DNA from: Candidatus Micrarchaeota archaeon
GTDB taxonomy: Archaea > Micrarchaeota > Micrarchaeia > Micrarchaeales > CABMGC01
Length of the DNA stretch: 64,000 bases
NCBI GenBank assembly: GCA_021817125.1
Contig: JAKAWC010000002.1
Span: 3,589-67,588 of the forward strand
Direction: 5' to 3'
Shown here: in pieces, positions 50,714 through 60,454 of the stretch
Layout of the letters: each line of letters begins with the position of its first letter
Position numbering within the stretch: the stretch's first letter is position 1
Program-made: the position numbers and the translations under genes
Notes under the pieces: generated by a model
Seen by the model: the letters and a program-made list of their open reading frames with translations, nothing else
What the model was told of the DNA's origin: nothing
The model's database searches: none

Positions 50714-53242
50714 ATGGAGGGGGGACACGAGACGCTGGGGGACAACGCAATTCCCTCGCACTATGACCTGACGCTCTCGCCCGACACGAAGAGATTTACC
50801 TACAACGGGGAAGAGTCCGTCTTTGTCCTGATCAAGAAGCCATCAAAGACGGTTTTGCTCAACGCACTCGACTTGAAGATAACCAGCGCAGCCATCGTGG
50901 AGAACCGCATAGCGCAGATGGCGGTCGCGAAGCCGAAAGGGAACGGGGTAATCGAGTTCGCGTTCGGCAAGCCGGTCAAGGGAGAGGTCGAACTGAAGAT
51001 ATTCTTCTCCGGTAAGATAGAACAGCGCCTCGAAGGGTTCTATCGGTCTCCGTACACCTACAAAGGTAAGACCGGCTACCTGCTCTCGACGCAATTCGAA
51101 GCCGTGGATGCGCGAAGGATGTTTCCATGCATAGACGAACCAGAGCGCAAGGCAACGTTCTCGCTCTCACTGGTCGTCGACAGCAAGTACACGTGCGTAT
51201 CCAACATGCCTATAGCGAGGCAGAAGAAGCTGCCGAAGGGAAAGAAGCTCGTCGCTTTTGAGAAAACCCCGCGTATGTCCACGTATCTCTTATATATGGG
51301 TATCGGCGAGTACGCAAGCCTGAGCGGCAAATACAGAAACGTCAAGCTTAGGGTCCTCGCCACTCCTGGAAAGGAGAAGATGCTGCGACTCCCAATGGAA
51401 TACCTGAAGAGATATCTGGAGCACCATGAGACGTATTTCGGGATAAAATACCCGCTGCCCAAGATGGACCTCATAGGAGTGCCCGACTTCGCTGTCGGTG
51501 CGATGGAGAACTGGGGTGCGATAACATTCAGGGAGACCGCTCTGCTGGGCGACGAGAACTCGTCACTCTCCGGCAAGCAGCGGATCGCGACTGTAATCGG
51601 GCACGAGCTCGCACACCAATGGTTCGGCAACTTCGTAACGATGAAGTGGTGGAACGACCTCTGGCTGAACGAGAGCTTCGCAACATTCATAGAGGGAAAG
51701 GCGACAAACACGCTCTTCCCGGAGTGGAAGTTCAAAGAGCAGGGGCTCTCTGATACAAAGGGCCTGGCCCTGAACATAGATCAGTCAAAGTTCACGCACC
51801 CCATAAGCGTCAATGTGGAAACTCCCGATCAGATAGGCTCGCTTTTCGACAGGATAAGCTACGAGAAGGGCGCATCGGTTCTTGCGATGATGGAGGCGTA
51901 CGCCGGTGAGGAAGCATTCAGGAAAGGGCTGCAGACATATCTCAGGTCACACGCATATGCGAACGCGGAGAAGGGCGACCTTTGGCGCGCCATAGACAAG
52001 GTCTCGAGGAAGATGGGCGAGGCAAGCATATTCAAGGTCGCGAACCGTTGGACGGACACAGCGGGCTATCCCGTATTGGAGGCGACCGCAAAAGGGGCCA
52101 ATGTAACGCTCACGCAGCACAGGTTCCTCCTGCTGGACGGCGTCAATGAGAGGGACACCTGGCCGATTCCGCTGACGTATTCAATAAACGGGGAGGCTGC
52201 GGGAAGCGTGCTCCTGCCCGGGAAGTCTCACAGGCTGGCTTTGCCGGACGGGGCGTGGATATGCCTGAACTACCAGCAGCCAGGATTCTACCGGGTCAGC
52301 TATGACAGGACCCTGCTGGACCGGCTCGGCAGTGCGGTGAAATCAGGGGAGCTAGGTCCATCAGACATATGGGGGATAGAGAATGACTTATTCGCCATGG
52401 TACGCACAAGCAGGACCACTGCGGCAGACTACGCTGACTTCATCGAAAGGTACATGATGGACGTTGCATATCCGACCGACGTAAGCATACTCGGAGACCT
52501 CCTGTGGATCATCACTGTCCTCGGACGACTCAGGGGCCAGAGGCATGCGACCCTGCTTTCAAGATATGCGAAGAAGATGCTCGAAAGGCTCAGCTGGGAG
52601 AAGAGACCAGGCGAGGCGCCCACCGACACCGCCCTGAGAAGCGCAACTATACGTGCGCTCGGGATGATCGGGGACGAGGAGACCATCCAGAAGGCACGTG
52701 AGATGACCGAGGGATTCCTGGATGGTGTCTCGGACCTTGACCCGGACATACGCAATCCGGTGATGCTCATCGCTGCGAAGTACGGCGACCCAGAACTCTA
52801 TGACAGGATGATGTCCTTGTACCTCAAGGAAGAGAGCCCGCAGTGGAAGGTCAGGTACATGCAGATGCTTGGCGCTTTCGGCGACACGGAATTGACCAAG
52901 AAGGCACTGGCGTTTGCGCTATCCAAGGGCGTCAGGGCACAGGATATAGTGAACCTGGTCACCGTGCCCGCATCGATAAACCCTGAACACGTAGAACTGG
53001 TCTGGGAATGGACGAAAGCCAACTGGCAGAGATTCATGAAGATGTTCAGTGCTGGCAATAACATGTTCCAGTACTTCCTGAAGCTGCTAAGGATATCCTC
53101 CACCGAGGAAATGAAGCAAGATGTCGAGACGTTCTTCAAGGACAAGAGGAACAGGCGCGAGGATATTGAGCGCGAGATATCGCAGACACTTGAAGCAATG
53201 GAAGCAAACATACGCTTTATAAATTATAACTCCGCAAAATAG
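50714..53242 (+). CDS. M1-family zinc aminopeptidase (tricorn-interacting factor F2/F3-like)
   Basis: GAMENWG, HELAHQWFGN and WLNESFA (HExxH-x18-E), plus a C-terminal ERAP1-like helical domain. Confidence 0.9.
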   Translation: MEGGHETLGDNAIPSHYDLTLSPDTKRFTYNGEESVFVLIKKPSKTVLLNALDLKITSAAIVENRIAQMAVAKPKGNGVIEFAFGKPVKGEVELKIFFSGKIEQRLEGFYRSPYTYKGKTGYLLSTQFEAVDARRMFPCIDEPERKATFSLSLVVDSKYTCVSNMPIARQKKLPKGKKLVAFEKTPRMSTYLLYMGIGEYASLSGKYRNVKLRVLATPGKEKMLRLPMEYLKRYLEHHETYFGIKYPLPKMDLIGVPDFAVGAMENWGAITFRETALLGDENSSLSGKQRIATVIGHELAHQWFGNFVTMKWWNDLWLNESFATFIEGKATNTLFPEWKFKEQGLSDTKGLALNIDQSKFTHPISVNVETPDQIGSLFDRISYEKGASVLAMMEAYAGEEAFRKGLQTYLRSHAYANAEKGDLWRAIDKVSRKMGEASIFKVANRWTDTAGYPVLEATAKGANVTLTQHRFLLLDGVNERDTWPIPLTYSINGEAAGSVLLPGKSHRLALPDGAWICLNYQQPGFYRVSYDRTLLDRLGSAVKSGELGPSDIWGIENDLFAMVRTSRTTAADYADFIERYMMDVAYPTDVSILGDLLWIITVLGRLRGQRHATLLSRYAKKMLERLSWEKRPGEAPTDTALRSATIRALGMIGDEETIQKAREMTEGFLDGVSDLDPDIRNPVMLIAAKYGDPELYDRMMSLYLKEESPQWKVRYMQMLGAFGDTELTKKALAFALSKGVRAQDIVNLVTVPASINPEHVELVWEWTKANWQRFMKMFSAGNNMFQYFLKLLRISSTEEMKQDVETFFKDKRNRREDIEREISQTLEAMEANIRFINYNSAK

Positions 53243-53264
53243 AATTTGCGCACGATGTGTTAAT

Positions 53265-53582
53265 ATGCTCGAACTCGATGAAAGCAATTTTGAGAAGGAG
53301 GTGCTGAAGTCAAGGCAGCCGGTGATAGTCGATTTCTGGGCGGAATGGTGCGGCCCTTGCAAGGTATTCACCCCTACCCTAGAAGAGGTCTCGAAGGAGA
53401 TGAACGGGAAGGTCAAGTTTGCCAAACTTAATGTGGACGAGAATACGAACATCGCGCAGGAGTACGGCATAATGAGCATACCCACGGTCCTGATGTTCGA
53501 GTCTGGCACCCCGAAGGCGCAATCCATAGGCGCGATCGCCAAAGACCAATTCAGGGCATGGCTCTCAGAGAATCTTGACTAA
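53265..53582 (+). CDS. trxA: thioredoxin
   Basis: VDFWAEWCGPCK active site; 105 aa. Confidence 0.95.
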   Translation: MLELDESNFEKEVLKSRQPVIVDFWAEWCGPCKVFTPTLEEVSKEMNGKVKFAKLNVDENTNIAQEYGIMSIPTVLMFESGTPKAQSIGAIAKDQFRAWLSENLD

Positions 53583-53688
53583 GGGCTGAGCCCATATTCC
53601 TCGCCCTGCCGAGCGGCAGTCCCATTCAGATCTCCGTCTACCACACGCTTTTTATTCCTTGATATTGAAAGGCTATCAGCGTGCCAGC

Positions 53689-54735
53689 ATGTACTCGACA
53701 TACCTCACCCTGATCGTGCCCGCATTAATCGCATTCCTGGGGGCGCTAGGGGCCATATTCTTCATTCAGTCGTACATGGTAGAAGCAGGGATAGTCTTCA
53801 TAAACCTTAATCCGGACGCGAGGCGGAGGGTGATGCTTCCGACTGCCGGCGGCATAGCGGTCGCGTTCGGCTTCGCTATAGGCACCCTCGCATATGTCTT
53901 CGGAAACAGTTTTGGGCTCTACACAGCTGTAGCGTCCATCTCGCTCCTTTTCGCCGCGGTGCTCTCGGTGATGCTCATAACCTTCGTAGGCTTCCTTGAC
54001 GAGCTGAATATAAAGGCGAAGATGGTGCACACGACCGGAATGAAAGACATACGGAAGGGACTGAAGCAATGGCAGAAGCCAATCTTCACCGTGATCGGGG
54101 CGATTCCGCTTGTCGCCGTAAACGCAGGCGTGAGCATGGTGATGTTGCCGTTTTTCGGCGCAGTGAACTTCGGCATAATCTACCCTCTCGTGCTCCTCCC
54201 GCTGGCAATCATATTTGTCGCCAACGCATTCAACCTGCTCGGGGGCTTCGATGGCATGATAACAGGGACGGGCCTGATAGCGGCGCTCGGGCTTCTCATA
54301 TACAGCCTGGCATTCGGCACCTACAGCGGGGCATTGATATCTGCGATACTGGTCGCAGCGGTGCTGCCACTCTTCTGGTACCACAAATACCCTGTCAAGG
54401 TGCTTCCTGGAGACAGCTTCACATACGGCTATGGCGCTGCCTTCCTCGCAGCCGCGGTCATAGGCAGTATGGAGGCATTCGCAATGATAGTCTTCCTGCC
54501 GTGGATAATCGAGTTCTTCCTGCACCTGCGCGGGAAGTTCAAGACGACCGATCTCGGCAAGCCGCAGAAGGACGGCACGCTTGCGCCGCCTTATGGCAAG
54601 AAGATATACAGCTGGACCCACATAATAATGAACATAAAGCCGATGAGGGAATGGGAGGTATCTGCCTATATGTGGGTGATAGAAACTATCTTCGTAGTCC
54701 TGGCGTTCGGCCTAAAAGTTGCAGGCCTCCTCTAG
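53689..54735 (+). CDS. glycosyltransferase family 4 (MraY/GPT-like), probable dolichyl-phosphate HexNAc-1-phosphate transferase (AglH-like)
   Basis: FVGFLDELN (the DD/DE motif region) and NAFNLLGGFDGM, with ~10 TM helices. The track ORF starts at TTG 53659; ATG 53689 is preferred. Confidence 0.75.
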   Translation: MYSTYLTLIVPALIAFLGALGAIFFIQSYMVEAGIVFINLNPDARRRVMLPTAGGIAVAFGFAIGTLAYVFGNSFGLYTAVASISLLFAAVLSVMLITFVGFLDELNIKAKMVHTTGMKDIRKGLKQWQKPIFTVIGAIPLVAVNAGVSMVMLPFFGAVNFGIIYPLVLLPLAIIFVANAFNLLGGFDGMITGTGLIAALGLLIYSLAFGTYSGALISAILVAAVLPLFWYHKYPVKVLPGDSFTYGYGAAFLAAAVIGSMEAFAMIVFLPWIIEFFLHLRGKFKTTDLGKPQKDGTLAPPYGKKIYSWTHIIMNIKPMREWEVSAYMWVIETIFVVLAFGLKVAGLL

Positions 54736-54739
54736 AGTC

Positions 54740-54955
54740 TTACTCTTCGGGTCTGGCAGTAAGCAAGACATCCGCCTTCTTTATCGTCTTCTTCCTTCCA
54801 GCATGTTCGGCATACCTGAGCGCCCTGTGCGCCATCTTCTCCGCGAGCCTCTCCAGCTCCCTTTCAAGGTCAAGTACCGCGTCCTCCGTCACGCGCTCGG
54901 CTCCTGCCTCGCGTATGAACTGCTCTACATCGTATAAACTGAATCCCCTTGTCAT
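54740..54955 (-). CDS. archaeal histone (HMf-type histone fold)
   Basis: EQFIREAGAERVTEDAVLDLERELERLAEKMAHRALRYAEHAGRKKTIKKADVLLA matches the histone fold including the RKT(I/V) loop. 71 aa from ATG 54955. Confidence 0.85.
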   Translation of the reverse strand: MTRGFSLYDVEQFIREAGAERVTEDAVLDLERELERLAEKMAHRALRYAEHAGRKKTIKKADVLLTARPEE

Positions 54956-55072
54956 GTTACACACCCCCTGACCCTTGCGGATCAAAATGCAACAGAGATT
55001 AGTTGTACAAGCAAGGTTTAAAAAAGGTCCCCAGGCCGGTGAAGTAGTGGTCTACTCAATTCCAACCAAGTT

Positions 55073-56275
55073 TTACGATTTGTACTTCAGGATTGCGCCG
55101 ATACCCCTGAATCCCATGAGGAATTCCTTGCCGTAAGAGCTCTCGTTTGATACGAATGTCATCTCCACTCCCTTCTTGTCTGCGATGTCAACGAGGCTCT
55201 CTATCGCGTCTTCGACACCGGTGACCTGCAGCGTCCCTCCGCAATCGTGCTTCGCCTCCCTATGATCGCCAATCTCAAACTTCTCGATGAGTGCGCCACA
55301 CGAGTTGCACTTGTACTTGACACGGAAGATGTCAAGGTCCTTGTTCAGTATGAGCTTGTTGACCTGCCCCGCCTCGAGCGCCTTCTTCGTGTTCTCGTAG
55401 CCGTAAGTCGCGAGGCCACCGCGCGATATCTCCTGCATGAAACGCTCTATCACCCGTCTCTCCTGTGCGGCCTCCTGCTCCTTGAACAGGGCCTCCGCCT
55501 TCTCCATGAGCTCCTGAAGTCCATAATCATCCGTGTATCCTGTGTCGTAGGTTCCGAGGGTCTTTATCTGGTAGTTCAAGACGTTTGACTTGTTAAATCC
55601 CTCTTTTGCCGGTCCGGGCCCTCCGACCACCAGTCCCTTTATCTTAAAATCATTAGCGGCAAACAGCGCATTGATGCATTCCCCTATCCTGCTGTGGAAT
55701 TCGTTGATGCTCTCCTCGATCCCTCGCTCGTACCTGGCTGCAGATTGGCCACCCTTCCTTACTTTCGCATGGGCCATCGAGTTCATCCTCTTGATAATCT
55801 GGATGTGGTGTCCCTTCAGTGTGGCGACCGTCGCCTCTCTCCCATCCATCACCAAAAGTGCGTACATGTCCCTCGCCTCGACTATGTCCTCTATCGGGTC
55901 GAGCAGGAATTTGTTGTCGCACCTGTAGAGGTTGATCTTGAGCGGGAATGGCGGCTCGATCGAGAACAGTTCGATGTCTGTCTTGGCTTGGTTGTCCGAT
56001 ACGTTCCCGCAGAAGATAGCTATGCCGTTCTTAGGCGTCTCCCGGTAGAGCTTGAGATACTGGAGGATCTTGTCTATCGCGCCAAGGACGCTCGTCCTCG
56101 TCTGCTTCGACTTTATGTTTGAGGATGTGCTATACTCGTTTCTGAGTCTAGCTACCTCTTCGCTGATCTGGTAACCTGCAGGTATGTAGACGCTGACAAG
56201 CTCTGTGCCAGATCCCCGTATGGACTTCAGCCGCTTTATCTCTCGTATTATGCTATACTCATTCTTCATCTGCAT
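55073..56275 (-). CDS. prf1: peptide chain release factor aRF1
   Basis: NIKSKQTR (NIKS) and GGQSAARY (GGQ), plus the C-terminal zinc-knuckle-like CNSCG...HDCGG. Confidence 0.95.
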   Translation of the reverse strand: MQMKNEYSIIREIKRLKSIRGSGTELVSVYIPAGYQISEEVARLRNEYSTSSNIKSKQTRTSVLGAIDKILQYLKLYRETPKNGIAIFCGNVSDNQAKTDIELFSIEPPFPLKINLYRCDNKFLLDPIEDIVEARDMYALLVMDGREATVATLKGHHIQIIKRMNSMAHAKVRKGGQSAARYERGIEESINEFHSRIGECINALFAANDFKIKGLVVGGPGPAKEGFNKSNVLNYQIKTLGTYDTGYTDDYGLQELMEKAEALFKEQEAAQERRVIERFMQEISRGGLATYGYENTKKALEAGQVNKLILNKDLDIFRVKYKCNSCGALIEKFEIGDHREAKHDCGGTLQVTGVEDAIESLVDIADKKGVEMTFVSNESSYGKEFLMGFRGIGAILKYKS

Positions 56276-56350
56276 CGCTCTTCTGCGGTCGAATAAACTT
56301 TAGACTAACATATATAAATAGGCTTTACGAATATTCTGTATTCGGTCATT

Positions 56351-56437
56351 GCAGGGGTGGCAGAGCCTGGCCAAATGCGACGGGCTTAGGACCCGTTTAC
56401 TTTAGTGTATGCGAGAGTTCAAATCTCTCCCCCTGCA
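56351..56437 (+). tRNA. tRNA-Leu (anticodon UAG)
   Basis: Folded by hand. Acceptor GCAGGGG/CCCCTGC with discriminator A. D-stem GCA/TGC. Anticodon arm ACGGG-CTTAGGA-CCCGT. Long variable arm. T-arm GAGAG-TTCAAAT-CTCTC. Confidence 0.9.
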
Positions 56438-56455
56438 CATATTCAGGATGCTAAC

Positions 56456-57169
56456 ATGGCAAAAGGTGTGGAAATAAGCGTGGTCATTCCAGCATACAAC
56501 GAGGAGAAGTACCTCGGACAGACGCTGGAGGCGCTGAACGCTCAGACGTTCAAGAACTTCGAGACCATAGTGGTCGATGGGGGGAGCAAGGACAGGACGC
56601 GGGCGATTGCCAAGCGTTACGGCGCAAAGGTCATAGCGCAGAAGAGCAAGACCGTCGGCGGTGCAAGAAACGACGGTGCAAGGGTCGCAAAGGGGGACCT
56701 CATATTCTTCACCAACGCAGACACGGCGCCTTCGAGCGGGCTGCTGCGGCTCTACCATGATCTTTTCAGGGACAAGCGCATAGTCGCAGCTTCCGGCCCG
56801 CTTCTTCCGCTTGAGAAGACCACGCTGTTTATAAGATTCGGATACCGGTTCGCATCCGTGTACCTTGCGAAGTTTGCATACCTGATAGGCTCGCCCTCGA
56901 TGACCGGTTCGAACATGGCGGTGAGGCGAAGCGCATTCAGGAAGAGCGGCGGTTTTGATACGAGCCTAGTCACATACGAGGACCTGGACCTTACTCTCCG
57001 GCTCAAGAAGCACGGCAAAGTGGTGTTCCATGACCTCGCAAAGGTCAAGACCAGCACGAGGCGGATAGTCGCATGGGGAGTTCCGAGATATATCTACTTT
57101 AATGCAATGAACGTGGCGAAGTACAACTTCACCAGGAAGGCGCACGGCCACTACGAAGTAATCCGGTAG
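56456..57169 (+). CDS. family-2 glycosyltransferase (dolichyl-phosphate sugar synthase-like), paralogue 1
   Basis: ISVVIPAYNEEKYL, ETIVVDGGSKDRT and LIFFTNADT (DxD-like). The ATG lies 18 nt after the tRNA-Leu 3' end; the track ORF start at 56405 lies inside the tRNA. Confidence 0.8.
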   Translation: MAKGVEISVVIPAYNEEKYLGQTLEALNAQTFKNFETIVVDGGSKDRTRAIAKRYGAKVIAQKSKTVGGARNDGARVAKGDLIFFTNADTAPSSGLLRLYHDLFRDKRIVAASGPLLPLEKTTLFIRFGYRFASVYLAKFAYLIGSPSMTGSNMAVRRSAFRKSGGFDTSLVTYEDLDLTLRLKKHGKVVFHDLAKVKTSTRRIVAWGVPRYIYFNAMNVAKYNFTRKAHGHYEVIR

Positions 57170-57173
57170 GTCA

Positions 57174-57875
57174 ATGGCAGCTGAGATAAGCGTTATAATC
57201 CCTGCAAGAAATGAGGAGCATTACATCCGTTACCCAATGGAGGGGCTCGCGAAGCAGACGTTCAAGGACTTCGAGACGATAGTCGTTGACGGTAACAGCT
57301 CCGACAGGACGCGGCAGATGGCGAAGAAGTTCGCGAAAGTCATAGTGGAGAAGGAGCGCGGCATATCCCGGGCGAGGAACGCCGGCGCAAGGGAGGCCAG
57401 AGGAAGCATACTGCTGTTTCTCGACGCAGATACTCGGCCCAGCCCGAAGCTGCTTTCTGCGTACCGGAAGGCATTCAAGGACGACAGGGTGGTCATTGCG
57501 ACGGGTCCTATATACCCTATAGAAAAGACAAGGAAAAGGATTCGCTGGGGATACAAACTGGTATCTGTGTTCTATGTCAAAGCCGGCATACTGCTGCACA
57601 GACCGCCGCTTGTCGGTGCAAACATCGCCGTACGCAGGAGCGCGTTCGAAAAGGTCAGGGGTTTCGATGAGAGTCTGAAATCTCACGAGGACTTCGACCT
57701 CGCATACAGGATATCGCGTCTCGGGAGGGTGGCTTACCTGAACGACGCAATAGTACACACCAGCGCCAGGAGGTTGCAGGAGTGGGGAGTGCTGAAATTC
57801 CTCAAGTTCAAAGTGAAGGACATGGCGCTGTACCGGTTCTTCGGCAGGGCGCAGGACAACTACCACACCCGGTAA
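57174..57875 (+). CDS. family-2 glycosyltransferase, paralogue 2
   Basis: ISVIIPARNEEHYI, ETIVVDGNSSDRT and LLFLDADT. It is collinear with paralogue 1 and separated from it by 4 nt. Confidence 0.8.
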   Translation: MAAEISVIIPARNEEHYIRYPMEGLAKQTFKDFETIVVDGNSSDRTRQMAKKFAKVIVEKERGISRARNAGAREARGSILLFLDADTRPSPKLLSAYRKAFKDDRVVIATGPIYPIEKTRKRIRWGYKLVSVFYVKAGILLHRPPLVGANIAVRRSAFEKVRGFDESLKSHEDFDLAYRISRLGRVAYLNDAIVHTSARRLQEWGVLKFLKFKVKDMALYRFFGRAQDNYHTR

Positions 57876-57999
57876 ACGCACCAGGCTGGACGCCTCGCCG
57901 AAGCGTTAAAAAAGCTTTAATAATATATCGCTCCTATAAGATAGGTCAACTACAGAGGCAAGTTTCTCTTTGTCGGTACTGACGGAAAATGGTCATTAG

Positions 58000-58179
58000 A
58001 TGGACTACACTAAGTTTGAAAAGGCGAGGATAATCGGTGCACGCGCCCTCCAGCTGGCGTACGGTGCGCCGCCGCTCGTGAAGGTGGCAGACGGCGTAAG
58101 CAGTCCGCTCACTCTCGCAGAGCTCGAGTTTGATGAGGACGTAATCCCGATAGTAGTCGTAAGAAGCGGAAAGAAATAA
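58000..58179 (+). CDS. rpoK: DNA-directed RNA polymerase subunit K (Rpo6)
   Basis: Hand translation: MDYTKFEKARIIGARALQLAYGAPPLVKV...PLTLAELEFDEDVIPIVVVR, the conserved RpoK/Rpb6 core. 59 aa, below the ORF-track cut-off. Confidence 0.85.
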   Translation: MDYTKFEKARIIGARALQLAYGAPPLVKVADGVSSPLTLAELEFDEDVIPIVVVRSGKK

Positions 58180-58193
58180 ACAAACGTGTTTGT

Positions 58194-59639
58194 ATGGCAT
58201 ACGATTATGACATAATAGTCGCAGGCGGAGGCATAGCAGGTTCCCTTGCAGCCGCCGCTGCGGCGAAGAAGGGAGCGAAGGTGCTGATGCTCGACAGGAA
58301 CGACCGGATCAACGTCGGAAAGAAGACCAACTGGGGTTGGGTCTGCGGCGACGCCGTCGCAAAGGTTCATATCGACTTCATAAAGGAGCACCTTGGCATG
58401 GCTCTCGATTATCCGGAGCTCGACCTGAAGGTCGACGGGGTGTATGTTCTCAGCCCAGACATGAAGAACAAGATGCTATTCGAAGGCGCTGGCTTCAGCC
58501 TTGACAGACCTAAGATAGAACGAAAGTTCGCGCAGTTCGCAATAAAAGCGGGCGTGGACTATAAGCCAGAACACGAGGTGGAAGGACCGATTCTGGAGGG
58601 AGAGACGCTCACTGGCGTGTGGGGCAAGGACCAAGACAAGAAGGACTTCAAATACACCGGAAAAATAATCATCGACGCGCTTGGAATGGCGAGCACTCTC
58701 CGCAGGAAGCTGCCGATCAATGAATATGTAGAGCGGGATGTCAGCATAGATGACATTGAGTCAACAGGAAGATACATCTACACTGTAGATGAGCTCTCCG
58801 AAGACGAACGATATTACGACAAGAAGAATGCGCTCATCCACCTGAATCAGCAGCTTGCGCCAGGAGGCTATGGCTGGGTCTTCCCCAAGACGCAGAACAG
58901 GGTCAACATCGGGATCGGCGTAGAGAGGAAGAGCCTCGATATAAGGAACACCAGGCTCAGCAAGAAGGACTCGCTCCACAAGCTCATCGACGAATACGTC
59001 GCATGGAATCCTGTGATAAAGCCGAAGGAGGTGGACAACACCGACAACAACGGGAAGGGATACTGGTCCGTGGCGGTGAGGAGGCAACAGGACAGCCTTG
59101 TCTGGAATAACTACATGGGCGCGGGCGACAGCATGGCGATGCCAAACCCCATCAGCGCTGGCGGAATAGGTCCTGCAATGACGTCCGGGATTCTCGCGGG
59201 CGAGGTCGCAGGGGATGCGATAAAGGAGAATAAGGTAACGATGGACTACCTCTGGAAATACAACGTCCGGTACAACGACGCCTATGGGAGCAAGACAGCA
59301 GGGCTCGAAGTATTCAGGATTTATCTTCAATCGCTCGACAACGAGCTGATAAACTATGGCATGGCCAACTTCCTTACGAAGGAGGAGGCGGTGCAGATCA
59401 GCTACGGGCTCATCCCGGAAATGACCATGTCGGGGACATTGATGAAGATAATGAAGGGAGTCCAGAACATAAATGCGTTCAATAACCTCAGGTACTGTGT
59501 AAGCACGATGAAGAGGCTCAACGGGCTGTATGCAAACTACCCGAAGGACACAAAGGGTTTCAAGGCGTTCAAGGCGGCGGTATCTGCTGAGATAAAGGAT
59601 GCAAAGGCAAGATTCCCTCCCATGCCGATAAGAGCCTAA
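58194..59639 (+). CDS. geranylgeranyl reductase family FAD-dependent oxidoreductase
   Basis: YDIIVAGGGIAGSLAAAAAAKKGAKVLMLDR (FAD GxGxxG), GDA-type and PISAGGIG motifs. At 481 aa it is longer than typical archaeal GGRs. Confidence 0.75.
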   Translation: MAYDYDIIVAGGGIAGSLAAAAAAKKGAKVLMLDRNDRINVGKKTNWGWVCGDAVAKVHIDFIKEHLGMALDYPELDLKVDGVYVLSPDMKNKMLFEGAGFSLDRPKIERKFAQFAIKAGVDYKPEHEVEGPILEGETLTGVWGKDQDKKDFKYTGKIIIDALGMASTLRRKLPINEYVERDVSIDDIESTGRYIYTVDELSEDERYYDKKNALIHLNQQLAPGGYGWVFPKTQNRVNIGIGVERKSLDIRNTRLSKKDSLHKLIDEYVAWNPVIKPKEVDNTDNNGKGYWSVAVRRQQDSLVWNNYMGAGDSMAMPNPISAGGIGPAMTSGILAGEVAGDAIKENKVTMDYLWKYNVRYNDAYGSKTAGLEVFRIYLQSLDNELINYGMANFLTKEEAVQISYGLIPEMTMSGTLMKIMKGVQNINAFNNLRYCVSTMKRLNGLYANYPKDTKGFKAFKAAVSAEIKDAKARFPPMPIRA

Positions 59640-60397
59640 TCCAACTCTGCTTTTTCTTCTCTTTCTTCTTCAACAAGCCGCTTAGCATTGCCCAGCACGT
59701 TGCCGCCTAGGTCGTAAACCTTTGCGTTGTTGAAATCAAAGACGTCCTTGTTGAGGAGCGGGATGAAACTCTTCGTCTTCCCATTGATCCGCGTTCCTGT
59801 AATCAATGCGTTGAACGCCGGGGCGACGATGAGCCTCGCATTCTTGTTGAACTTCCCATAACGCTCTCCGGCTCCGCTGCCGATGGCCGCCATGAGCCAC
59901 GCCTTCTCCATCTTGCCCCCGCGCTTCGCAGCGATATGTCCGTGCCCAGTTATGATATATTCTTTCTGCATCGCCTCGTCAGACGGCCACGCATTGCCGT
60001 GCATCAGAGCCGCATTGCCGAGCAGTATCTCATCTTCTATCTTGACATCGATGTTCTGCCCCTTGAATATCCGCGCAAGGTAAGCGTCGTGGTTCCCTCT
60101 CGCGATGGAGATGTCCATTCCGCGCAACGCCGAAAAGAATTCACCGATAGCTTCGGCCTCGTCCCTGCTCGAATATGATACGTTGTCCTTTATGTCTCCC
60201 AGAAGCACTATAGACCTAGCACCGCTCTTCTTGAACGCTGCCAGGAGATCCTCTGCCATCCTCGCTGCAGCCTTGCTGAAGTAGAGCCCCCGTTCCTTCA
60301 TCCTGGTCTCTGCGCCTATGTGCAGGTCGCCGGCCACAAGCACCTTCTCGCGCTTTATGAGCAGGGCTGGCGTGCCATTGACGAAGAGGATATCCAT
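59636..60397 (-). CDS. calcineurin-like metallophosphoesterase (COG1407 ICC-like)
   Basis: VAGDLHIG, LLGDIKD, RGNHD and TGHGH, in the canonical order. Confidence 0.75.
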   Translation of the reverse strand: MDILFVNGTPALLIKREKVLVAGDLHIGAETRMKERGLYFSKAAARMAEDLLAAFKKSGARSIVLLGDIKDNVSYSSRDEAEAIGEFFSALRGMDISIARGNHDAYLARIFKGQNIDVKIEDEILLGNAALMHGNAWPSDEAMQKEYIITGHGHIAAKRGGKMEKAWLMAAIGSGAGERYGKFNKNARLIVAPAFNALITGTRINGKTKSFIPLLNKDVFDFNNAKVYDLGGNVLGNAKRLVEEEREEKAELD

Positions 60398-60454
60398 GGT
60401 TAAAGTATCCTGCTAAGCTATTTATTAAGTAGCATCCGATAGAGACTGGTCACA

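Noticed and set aside
53746-54971. 291-aa minus-strand ORF and 300-aa plus-strand alternative-frame ORF over the GPT/AglH-like gene
   Set aside because: The in-frame GT4 motifs and TM pattern support only the 53659/53689..54735 frame. The other ORFs are Arg/His/Glu-rich shadows.
56405-56455. 5' extension of the first GT2 ORF
   Set aside because: It lies inside tRNA-Leu (56351-56437). The GT2 homology starts at MAKGVEISVVIPAYNEE (ATG 56456).
57171-57881. 236-aa minus-strand ORF
   Set aside because: It is antisense to the second GT2 paralogue, whose motifs are unambiguous.
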